Shown piece after piece: positions 28,017-36,433 of a stretch of 64,000 nt of DNA. The DNA is taken from the IMG/VR virus record IMGVR_UViG_3300022661_000054; one strand, given 5' to 3'. The position numbers were made by a program, and so were the translations under genes. Each line of letters opens with the position of its first letter. Position 1 is the first letter of the stretch. Origin of the DNA: a virus (lineage: Duplodnaviria; Heunggongvirae; Uroviricota; Caudoviricetes). The notes below the pieces were generated by a model. It did no database searches. It was not told the DNA's origin and saw only the letters and a list, made by a program, of their open reading frames with translations.

Positions 28017-29483
28017 TTACATATTTACGTCAATAGTTCCACGAATATCATAGTGTTTAGTAGGTAACTGTGTAGTTGCCATTTGGCTAAAATCATACTT
28101 ACCATTTTCATGCGTACTAGCTTCAATAACAAAAGGTAAACTTCTGACAGCTCTAAGTACTGAGCTTATTTCTGAGGCCTTTAGGTTATAGATATAAAAC
28201 ATTCCATTATCTTGAATTACAGGCGGATGTTGATTTGCCATTTTAGTAATTTGATTATATATATCAAGACGTTTTTTATTGTCTAAGCGTTCTTCTAAAG
28301 AAAGTCGTTTAGATACAAGTTCATTTCGATATTCTTTAAACTTATCTAGATAACCTTTATTACGAAGCTCTTTAAAAGCTAAATTTTCTATTGAATATTC
28401 ACCTTTTGATATTCCTTTTTTACGAAGTTTTTCATAAATATCTTCAAGTATCTTTACAACCTTTTTTTCGTCATCTAGCTTATCTGATTTTATATCATCG
28501 ATAAGTTTTTTACAGTCAGCTTCCCATTCAGCTACAAGCTCATCAAGTGCCTTAGTATCATATTCTGGAATATCTTCAGCTACAGGCTTTTTAATCCATT
28601 TGTTTTTCTTTACTGAATATACACCATTGCTAACTCTAGCACTGTCCTCAGTCTCAACAAAGATCTCTAATGGAATATCATAAAGCTTTATATCAAGTTG
28701 TTTATTAAAAATAGTTCTATAAGCGCCATATAAAGCTGCTGCGATCTCTTTGTCATATTTGGCAGCTTTTGCATTAGCTAGTACATGTAGGTCTATATCA
28801 CTATCTTTTGTGTAGTTATAACTAGCATTAGAACCAATAAATATTATATCTTCAACTTTTATTCTAATATCTTGCTCTTTTAAATCGGCTAAAAATTCAT
28901 CTACAATTTCTAGCATTTTATCTCTAACACGATCTTTTAAAAGTTCTTCTTTTGTAAATAATTTTGAATTTAAAGTATTATGCTTTTCTACTGCTTCATT
29001 AAGGTTTGCTACATCTTTTTGTGAAATTTGTTCTATAAGTTCTGTAACAGAAACTTGATCACATAAACTTGCAATATACTGTGCGTCGTTTAGCCAAACA
29101 TTATTAGCAACATTTTTAAGATCATTTGATGTATAGCCCCAGTTTTTAATTGCACGCTTTAGCTGGTCAATAAGTTCCTGCCAATCAATTGCTATTGCGA
29201 CTATTAAATACTTTAAAGCTATATCAAGCTTAGGTTGAGGTGCTTTTCTTCTAACTTTAGTATTAGCAGCCTTATTATAAGAAGCCATTGATTTATTATA
29301 TTTACCAATACTTACATTATATGAAATTCCCCAAGGAGTTTCATTAAAATGCGCTTTGTTCCATGCATCTCTGTCTGGTGTTCCTTGTTTAGCCTCATAA
29401 CTTAGTTTGGCAGTTAAGAGTTTTTCAAAGTCCTCTCTACTAGGTATTACTAATTTAGGGTCTGTTATTTGTGGTACTGCCAT
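28017..29483 (-). CDS. Pol-beta superfamily nucleotidyltransferase with extra N- and C-terminal domains
   Basis: IFIGSNASYNYTKDSDIDLHV (GS...DxD) plus LEIFVE; start at MAVPQ with AAGGAGG RBS. Confidence 0.8.
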   Translation of the reverse strand: MAVPQITDPKLVIPSREDFEKLLTAKLSYEAKQGTPDRDAWNKAHFNETPWGISYNVSIGKYNKSMASYNKAANTKVRRKAPQPKLDIALKYLIVAIAIDWQELIDQLKRAIKNWGYTSNDLKNVANNVWLNDAQYIASLCDQVSVTELIEQISQKDVANLNEAVEKHNTLNSKLFTKEELLKDRVRDKMLEIVDEFLADLKEQDIRIKVEDIIFIGSNASYNYTKDSDIDLHVLANAKAAKYDKEIAAALYGAYRTIFNKQLDIKLYDIPLEIFVETEDSARVSNGVYSVKKNKWIKKPVAEDIPEYDTKALDELVAEWEADCKKLIDDIKSDKLDDEKKVVKILEDIYEKLRKKGISKGEYSIENLAFKELRNKGYLDKFKEYRNELVSKRLSLEERLDNKKRLDIYNQITKMANQHPPVIQDNGMFYIYNLKASEISSVLRAVRSLPFVIEASTHENGKYDFSQMATTQLPTKHYDIRGTIDVNM

Positions 29484-29484
29484 A

Positions 29485-30237
29485 TTAATCCTCCTTAACA
29501 GCTCGCATAGGAACAACAAATTTTAAGTTACAACCGTCGCAACAGCGCCCGTCAGCTGATGACATAAAAGGCTCAGGATTATTTCCATGACCTTCAACAG
29601 GTTCTCCGCAGATACAACAGAAATTTTCTTTAGCTTCTGTTAGCTTTTCACCGTATACATTATAATCATCAAAATCTAAGTTAAAGAAGCTTTCTTCTAA
29701 CTCTGTAGCATCAGTCATACGGTCGGAGTACTCTGCTTTGAATTCTTTTTCAGGCGCTTTAGCAACATTTGCAAAATGTTTACGATCTTCTTCTTTTTTG
29801 ATAGAAAGATCGTAATCCATGACTTTTACTTTATTTTTATCGTAAAGAATTCCATCGTCATAGTAATAAATAATATCACTATTCATAAGCTTTGAAACGT
29901 CTTTATCGTCGCCTAGATTATTTAAGGTATAAATAGAGCAGTTAGCATTACCAATTTCAATTAGAGCTTTAATAATTTCTGCTTTATTGCTGCAGAATAA
30001 ATTCTGTGGGCGGATGTAGTAACGACGTACATATCTTTTTGCTTCAGTAAGTGCGCCTCCTTCTGATACAGCAGCATCTATGGTTGCACCTTGGTCAAAA
30101 TCTGTACCCATAGCTTTATTAAATCTATCAATATTTAACCCAATACTACCGGTGGTATAACCTATAGAGTCACATACTTTTTTAGTTCTGCGTCTTCTCT
30201 TTTTGGCTTCAGCCATAGCTTCTTTATTTGTAGTCAT
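29485..30237 (-). CDS. Hypothetical protein with C-terminal Cys-rich Zn finger
   Basis: CCICGE...GNNPEPF...CCDGCN; basic N-terminus; LTEA sites. Confidence 0.6.
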   Translation of the reverse strand: MTTNKEAMAEAKKRRRRTKKVCDSIGYTTGSIGLNIDRFNKAMGTDFDQGATIDAAVSEGGALTEAKRYVRRYYIRPQNLFCSNKAEIIKALIEIGNANCSIYTLNNLGDDKDVSKLMNSDIIYYYDDGILYDKNKVKVMDYDLSIKKEEDRKHFANVAKAPEKEFKAEYSDRMTDATELEESFFNLDFDDYNVYGEKLTEAKENFCCICGEPVEGHGNNPEPFMSSADGRCCDGCNLKFVVPMRAVKED

Positions 30238-30268
30238 TAGAAGTATTCTCCTTATGAAAAGTATATTT

Positions 30269-30324
30269 AAAAGAAAGACGGAACGCAGCGGTGGTGAAAG
30301 GCTAAGTCCACCGCCACGACCATC
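30269..30324 (-). ncRNA. Candidate small structured RNA / attenuator hairpin
   Basis: GC-rich long hairpin plus U-tract starting 3 nt after a late motif. Confidence 0.45.
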
Positions 30325-30327
30325 GTA

Positions 30328-30337
30328 TAATTTAGCA
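30328..30337 (-). promoter_or_regulatory. Putative late promoter TGCTAAATTA
   Basis: Motif copy abutting the upstream terminator. Confidence 0.7.
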
Positions 30338-30340
30338 AAA

Positions 30341-30376
30341 AATAAAACACCTTAAAAAATATTAAGGTGTTTTATT
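30341..30376 (-). terminator. Intrinsic terminator
   Basis: AATAAAACACCTTAA...TTAAGGTGTTTTATT. Confidence 0.8.
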
Positions 30377-30380
30377 ATAT

Positions 30381-30833
30381 TTAGTTACCATAAAGGTCTT
30401 CATCAGAAATAGGCTCACCAGAAGGCTCATCGAAATCTACAAAATATTCGAAAGGCTCAAAGTCAGTACTGTGTATTTTAGTGTTATCTGGAACTTCGTC
30501 GTAAGAAGCTTCATAATTTAGTTCAATGTCTGCAGTAACTTTAGGTTCTACTGCTACTTCTACTTCTGGGGTTTCTACAGGTGCATTAGGTACAGCACAG
30601 TCTTCAGCCGCTAAACTAGCATCGCTAGTTAAATTTTCCAAACCGCCTATAAAAACATAATAACTAGTAAGTAGGTTTTTAAGTAGTTGAACTAAAGCAA
30701 TATTTTCTTTAGTTGTTTCTATGTTTTCAATCTGATGCTGTAGATGTTCAATATCTTGCCAACTTTTAACTTCTAAGTCATTTAGAAAGTCTTTAGTAAT
30801 TTTTATTTTATCTTTTAATTCGTATGTACTCAT
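30381..30833 (-). CDS. Hypothetical acidic protein
   Basis: 150 aa, last gene of the AAA/zincin/vWA operon. Confidence 0.55.
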   Translation of the reverse strand: MSTYELKDKIKITKDFLNDLEVKSWQDIEHLQHQIENIETTKENIALVQLLKNLLTSYYVFIGGLENLTSDASLAAEDCAVPNAPVETPEVEVAVEPKVTADIELNYEASYDEVPDNTKIHSTDFEPFEYFVDFDEPSGEPISDEDLYGN

Positions 30834-30842
30834 TTAGTCTCC

Positions 30843-32642
30843 TTAAGCGTCAGCAGTACTGAACGAGAATTGCTGTGTACCTCCACGTCCTTTAAGATCG
30901 CGTGGCAGTCTAGGTGCATTTATACCATCACGCCATAGGTACCAAACATAACCTGGAACAATATATGATAAAGCTTTTGGACCATTCCACCAATTTTCCA
31001 TATCAGCGTCAGTCATGATAATAACATTTGTTGCTTGCGTACTAATAACATTTTTAACAATTTCATTCCAACCAGAGGTACCGCCAGAAGCACGAGCGTC
31101 TCCTGCATCCGTATAAACATCATCAGAAAAGTAAAATATATTTATTTTAATTTGTCCATTTTCTTCCATTTCAACTAGTTGTTGAACAGCTTTTTGTCCT
31201 ACAGCAATATCACTCTCATCCCAAGAACCAGACTGGTCAAAATAAAAGTCAATAACTGGAATTTTCTTGTTTGATAACTCATTTATTTTTTTACCAGGCT
31301 GAAGTACGCCAGCGCCCATGTTACGTCTACTAATAGCACCCCAAGAGTCATCACGAGTTTCTTCTACGTGAACTTGTAGTGCTATGGCTCTATACAAACT
31401 ACTTAAAAAGTCTTGGAAGCCTTTAAAAGAGCTTCTAGCACGAGCTTTATATTTATTTGCTTCTTTTTCGCGTGCTTGAACTGCTTGGGTCTCAGCACGA
31501 ATTTGTGCTATATCTTCTGCAGATAATTCTTGCTGTGTTCTAGTACTAGCTATATCATCTTTGATTTCTTGTGCTTGAAGTGCACGATCTTCATCAGACG
31601 TAAATGTAAGGTCAGAGTCACCTAGAGCTTCTATCGCATCAAATACTCTGTTAATCAATAAATTGAATTCATCATCAGAAATATCTTTTAAACTTTTTGA
31701 AACTGCTTCAGTAAGCGATTCCAGAGCTTCTATGGCTTTTTCTAGCTCACGTACTAGACTAGCTGAAGCTTTTTTAGTTTTTGCTTTATCTAAAGCAACT
31801 TTAGCAGCCTGTAGTGTACGTTCACGCTTTATTTTACGGGCTTCCTGTTTTGTTTTGGCAGTTTCATCATCAAAAGTATCTCTTAGATTATCATCTAATA
31901 AGTCATCTTCATCAAAGTCTTCGATGTCATCGTCATCAGATAGCTCATTATCATCATAGCCGTCTGACGCAGCAGCATCATCTGATTCATCGCCGTTTAG
32001 CTCACCGGTATCATCGCTGAGTTCATCTGTATCTGTAGAAGACTCAGTACCATCAGCTGCTTCAGAATTGTCGTCAACATCAGAGTCGTCCTCTGTGCTA
32101 TCTCCGTCAGCATCTGCTGAGGTTTCGTCACTTGTAGAATCGTCTGTTTCTGCATCAGTAGGTGTTTGTTCATCATCCGACTTTTCAGCATCTTTAGAAG
32201 TACCATCCCCTATGCTATCATCATCAGAAGCAGTGTCAGTGGTATCGTTTGAGCCGTCAGTATCACCGCTATCATCTGTACTATCGGTTGTATCACTATC
32301 AGCACCAGAGCTTGATGAATTACTAGATGAATCAGAATTGTTACTAGAATCATCTTCAGGGTCGTTATATTGTACCTGATCAAGGATATTATCTTCATCC
32401 TCAATTTCTACATCATCATTACTGCCAGGTGCTTGGTGTTTTCTCGATGGCTGAAGTAGATCAGGGTCTATCTCAACGTCTTCAGCACCACCGCCACCAC
32501 CAGCTACTCCAGCTCCACCTCCAAAATTAGGTGGTGGAGTTCTTGAATCTAAAATAGCTTCGATTGCCTCTAAAGCTCCTCGTTTTGCTTCTGGATTTGT
32601 TAAGTCTAAACCAAGACTATCTAAAATATCTTTAATATCCAT
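30843..32642 (-). CDS. vWA (MIDAS) domain protein with long acidic linker
   Basis: VIDFYFDQSGS (DxSxS), GGT and VIIMTD; a long D/S/T-rich segment in the N-half. Confidence 0.8.
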   Translation of the reverse strand: MDIKDILDSLGLDLTNPEAKRGALEAIEAILDSRTPPPNFGGGAGVAGGGGGAEDVEIDPDLLQPSRKHQAPGSNDDVEIEDEDNILDQVQYNDPEDDSSNNSDSSSNSSSSGADSDTTDSTDDSGDTDGSNDTTDTASDDDSIGDGTSKDAEKSDDEQTPTDAETDDSTSDETSADADGDSTEDDSDVDDNSEAADGTESSTDTDELSDDTGELNGDESDDAAASDGYDDNELSDDDDIEDFDEDDLLDDNLRDTFDDETAKTKQEARKIKRERTLQAAKVALDKAKTKKASASLVRELEKAIEALESLTEAVSKSLKDISDDEFNLLINRVFDAIEALGDSDLTFTSDEDRALQAQEIKDDIASTRTQQELSAEDIAQIRAETQAVQAREKEANKYKARARSSFKGFQDFLSSLYRAIALQVHVEETRDDSWGAISRRNMGAGVLQPGKKINELSNKKIPVIDFYFDQSGSWDESDIAVGQKAVQQLVEMEENGQIKINIFYFSDDVYTDAGDARASGGTSGWNEIVKNVISTQATNVIIMTDADMENWWNGPKALSYIVPGYVWYLWRDGINAPRLPRDLKGRGGTQQFSFSTADA

Positions 32643-32662
32643 TTGTTATAACTCACCTTTCT

Positions 32663-33820
32663 TTATACGTCTTTTATAGCATCTCGTATTTGAGTTAGAA
32701 CATCATCATCAAATTTACTTGAGTCCAAAGTTTTAACTACTTTATTCCAAGCATCTTTATATTCTTGCGAATTTGCCTTTTTCTTTATATTAAATTTTTG
32801 TGGATTATAGTTAATATTATCACCCATATTTTTTAAAACGTCAGAAGCCAACATTTTATCTTCAGGCGTGTACAATGAGCAAATAACTTCGCCTGTTTTT
32901 GGGTGCGTTATATCAAAAACTTCTTGCGGATCTGTTAAAGAAATTTCTTTAACGATGTCTAAAAGTTCTTGCTTTTCTGCATCTGACTCCATGTCTTTTA
33001 AAGCTTCATAGACAGTGATAACTAGCTTTTTATAGATATCAGCATAGTTGTTAAAAGCCTTTGATTTAATAAATATGTCCATAGGTGCACGAATGCCAGA
33101 AGGACGCATAAAGTCGCTATATCTAGTAATAAGCTCGGCACCTTCCATTTTCATCATATCAACTTCATTATAAGTACCATCTTTAATTGGTTTCCAATTT
33201 GGGTCACTTCTGATCTCACTATTGATTTTAATTAATTCTTTAGACAGTTCATCATACATAGCCTCAAGAGTCATGTTTGCCCAATTGCCTCTATGGTCTT
33301 CAGTCACTAATCCACCAATAACTTTACCATTTAGTTGCATAGCACGTACGATTTTTTTATCTGTAGAAGTATATCTTTTATTAGATATTTCAAAGTCCTC
33401 GATGCAGTTTAAAATCCTATGAAGACTTGAACTATAACGAATATGTTCATAGGCTTCATCAGGGTCATTTGCATGAAGCTTCTTAAAAACATACATCAAT
33501 CTAATTTGATGCATCATTAAGTTATGAGCTAGCTCATGACGTAATAATACATCTAATTGATTAAAAATGCCTTGACCGCTACCTAAAAAGCCATCACTAA
33601 TAAACACAGTTGCTTCATCAAAAGAAATAGCAGCTGTAAAGTCAGGATGCTTTTTAGAATCAATAATATTAAAGTCCAATTTCCAAAATCGCTCTGCATA
33701 CTTTCTATGACCTTTATCTATTAAAAGCTGACAGAGAGCTTTTTTTGTGCGGCGCTCTCTGTCAGTCATAAAGTGTCTTGTAATTGCAGAAGATTCTAAC
33801 AATGCTTTATTTATGTGCAT
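32663..33820 (-). CDS. Zincin-like metallopeptidase (DUF2201 N-terminal-like)
   Basis: LRHELAHNLMMH HExxH and NCIEDFEISN; lies between the AAA and vWA genes. Confidence 0.7.
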   Translation of the reverse strand: MHINKALLESSAITRHFMTDRERRTKKALCQLLIDKGHRKYAERFWKLDFNIIDSKKHPDFTAAISFDEATVFISDGFLGSGQGIFNQLDVLLRHELAHNLMMHQIRLMYVFKKLHANDPDEAYEHIRYSSSLHRILNCIEDFEISNKRYTSTDKKIVRAMQLNGKVIGGLVTEDHRGNWANMTLEAMYDELSKELIKINSEIRSDPNWKPIKDGTYNEVDMMKMEGAELITRYSDFMRPSGIRAPMDIFIKSKAFNNYADIYKKLVITVYEALKDMESDAEKQELLDIVKEISLTDPQEVFDITHPKTGEVICSLYTPEDKMLASDVLKNMGDNINYNPQKFNIKKKANSQEYKDAWNKVVKTLDSSKFDDDVLTQIRDAIKDV

Positions 33821-33850
33821 GCTATATTCTCCTTTAAACAGAGTGTTGAA

Positions 33851-35287
33851 TTATAGTGAGAAGTCAAAACTCTTAATACGATTTAAAGCATCTGAAGCGC
33901 TAACTTTTGCTGAACTGCCCGCAGCGGAAGCAGTCGAGCCGAATAAGTCAGAGTCAGTTTCTTCACCGGCATCACCAAATACACTATCAAAATCACTATC
34001 ATCTATATTAGAGTTAGACTGTTGAGCAGTATTATTTGCAGCAGGAGCTGCTTTAGTAGGCTCTGAGCCATCAGGTAATGCAACATCAAGTTCTACCCAA
34101 GGATCTAGTATTTCATGAATCATCTCTTTATCCTTATCTAAGAACTTTGAGTACTTATCAACCCAATTTAAGAACTTATCTTTATTATAACCATGTGACA
34201 TGAGAGCATCTGTAATAGCACGTTGGTTTAGCATTTTAGCCTTATCATTAAATAGATCAAGTAAGTCATCACGGCTATCAAACTCAAAACGTGGGTCGTT
34301 AATTAACGCATTAGCTAAATTCATAATTTTATTATAGCGAATATAGAAGAAGTTATAATTTTCATCTTTAGGATCTAATGCTTCTAATAGTTTATTTAAA
34401 TGGAAAACAATATATCTGATTGCATCGTCAGGCTTTGAGTCCCAATCCATAGTATCTACAAAACGTGACATTTCAGCATCATTTAAATCCATAGCACCAG
34501 GGTCTGTTGGAACCGATGGGTTTATACATGCAACGGTAAAAAGTAAATTTTTGAATTCTCTCGTACCGTCTTTATTAGGACCCTCAACAGTATGCTCATT
34601 AATAAGTGTAAGAAGTGACGCACGAAGCTTTGGAGCTGCACGGTTAAACTCATCTAAGAATAGAACAGAATTTGGTTCTTCTAATCCATCAAGAGCAGTA
34701 GAGAATGAACGTTTTACTTTATGAACCTCATTACCATCTGCATCTGTTTCAACAGAATCAACAGGGAAGCCATTTAGAATTGCTCCAAGATCATCGTTCT
34801 TAGCGTTTAGATAGAAAAGATTTACACCTCTATCCTTTGCCCATTGCTTAGTAATACCAGTCTTACCAGAACCAGGCAATCCACATACTAGCAAGTCGAC
34901 ACCGTCTTTAGCCCCAGATGCATGTGCAGCCATAGCGTTAGCTAGGCAGTCATCTAGTTTGTCAGTTAATTCACTCGGTACATCAAGCGGTGCCCAAGCT
35001 GTAACGTCTAGTCCTTTTGCATGTGTTTTAATTTCTTTTGCAATAGTTTCTGCTTTTTCGTCTGAGTAGGTCTCCTTACCATCAGAAGCAGCTTCTGCAG
35101 CATCTTGAACAACATCTGCAATTTCATCGACAGAAGCTGTTGATACATCATCAATAGTTAAGTCATCTACAGTGGAGTCTTCCGCAGTCATTTCATCCTC
35201 AGTAAGCTCAGCAGCCTCAGCTATTTTCTCTAATTCTTCAACTGCTTTAGCAGTGCTTTCTACCAACTTTTGTTTAAGTATTCTCAT
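33851..35287 (-). CDS. MoxR-family AAA+ ATPase
   Basis: GLPGSGKT, LFLDEFNRA, ACINP and AEMSRF; start at MRILK with AAGGAGG RBS; acidic N-terminal extension. Confidence 0.85.
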   Translation of the reverse strand: MRILKQKLVESTAKAVEELEKIAEAAELTEDEMTAEDSTVDDLTIDDVSTASVDEIADVVQDAAEAASDGKETYSDEKAETIAKEIKTHAKGLDVTAWAPLDVPSELTDKLDDCLANAMAAHASGAKDGVDLLVCGLPGSGKTGITKQWAKDRGVNLFYLNAKNDDLGAILNGFPVDSVETDADGNEVHKVKRSFSTALDGLEEPNSVLFLDEFNRAAPKLRASLLTLINEHTVEGPNKDGTREFKNLLFTVACINPSVPTDPGAMDLNDAEMSRFVDTMDWDSKPDDAIRYIVFHLNKLLEALDPKDENYNFFYIRYNKIMNLANALINDPRFEFDSRDDLLDLFNDKAKMLNQRAITDALMSHGYNKDKFLNWVDKYSKFLDKDKEMIHEILDPWVELDVALPDGSEPTKAAPAANNTAQQSNSNIDDSDFDSVFGDAGEETDSDLFGSTASAAGSSAKVSASDALNRIKSFDFSL

Positions 35288-35303
35288 TAGTATTACCTCC
35301 TTA

Positions 35304-36356
35304 TTAATCTCTACGCATCCAAGTGTGAAGTTCATCAAGTTCTTCTTTGCTGTAGCCTTCAGTTGCTTTTTCCCAGCTTACAGCGCGTTCTACAGCTTCT
35401 TCAATATCTTCAAAAGATTCATTTAATGTGGCGGCCTTAATAACACATGGACCGAACTCAGTTCCAACCATAAAGTATCCGCCAGTCTGATTACCATTTT
35501 CATCTGTTTGAATTTTATCAGCTTTATTTTTAACGACCTGTAAACCAGATACATTCACAGGAATAGCATTAGCATTAATAATAGCATCTAAAAATGCTTG
35601 TGCGTCATTCGGGTCATCGAAGAAACATGTACAGTCGGTATAACCATTACCACTACTGATACAAACTTTATTAGTATTACCAACAATATATTTAGGATTA
35701 GTGGCTAAAGGTTTTACATGTACTATTGCTGCATTTTTAGAATTATCTAATTTACCTTTAATATAGTAAATCCACTCAGTGTCCGCCTGAAGTCTGGTAC
35801 CGGCAGTTCCAGGATTTCCAGGAAGATCAATAAGGTCTCTAACTTTGCTGAGCTGCGAACCAGATTGTTTATAGCCATTTTTAGGTGCCTGACCTGAAAT
35901 TCTCGCAGAAGCTGCCCTAGGAGCTCTATTTGATATAGCTGAAATATATCTACCGTATTTATAAACAGCATCACCTAACAATGTCTTTTTAAACTCATCT
36001 ATCTCATATGGTGTTCTAACAGTGTCATCCCAGTAGAGTTGTAACGCATCAGCTAACCAAACAATAGCTTTTGCAACTACTTCTGGTTTAAATGATTTAT
36101 TTTTGCCGCTACCGTCATAATTTACTCTATAGTAATAACGAGACATTTCTCTAAGCTGATTATCTAGATCTGCAAAATCTCTATTTACTAACTCATTACA
36201 GATCTCTTGAGCGGCAGTAACATAGCTTGGACGTGAAAAAGTACCTGGTGTATTAGTTCGTAGGTTTTTTTGATTTATACCGCCGGCAACAGTAATATCA
36301 TGCATAAGTGATTTTGCTGCTTGTTCTGCCTCTGGCGTAGTAAAAATACGAGCCAT
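35304..36356 (-). CDS. Hypothetical late protein, first gene of the AAA operon
   Basis: 350 aa, AAGGAG RBS, late motif upstream, TLNES near the C-terminus. Confidence 0.55.
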   Translation of the reverse strand: MARIFTTPEAEQAAKSLMHDITVAGGINQKNLRTNTPGTFSRPSYVTAAQEICNELVNRDFADLDNQLREMSRYYYRVNYDGSGKNKSFKPEVVAKAIVWLADALQLYWDDTVRTPYEIDEFKKTLLGDAVYKYGRYISAISNRAPRAASARISGQAPKNGYKQSGSQLSKVRDLIDLPGNPGTAGTRLQADTEWIYYIKGKLDNSKNAAIVHVKPLATNPKYIVGNTNKVCISSGNGYTDCTCFFDDPNDAQAFLDAIINANAIPVNVSGLQVVKNKADKIQTDENGNQTGGYFMVGTEFGPCVIKAATLNESFEDIEEAVERAVSWEKATEGYSKEELDELHTWMRRD

Positions 36357-36395
36357 ATTAACTCTCCTTTATTTTAATAATATTTTTAAATCAAT

Positions 36396-36405
36396 TAATT
36401 TAGCA
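36396..36405 (-). promoter_or_regulatory. Putative late promoter TGCTAAATTA
   Basis: Motif copy heading the AAA/zincin/vWA operon. Confidence 0.7.
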
Positions 36406-36433
36406 AATTAAAATGTTAACCATGTTTCATTTG

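Noticed and set aside
30269-30324. Possible tRNA in the GC-rich intergenic patch
   Set aside because: It folds as one hairpin with no cloverleaf or T-loop; no tRNA or rRNA was recognised anywhere in the window.
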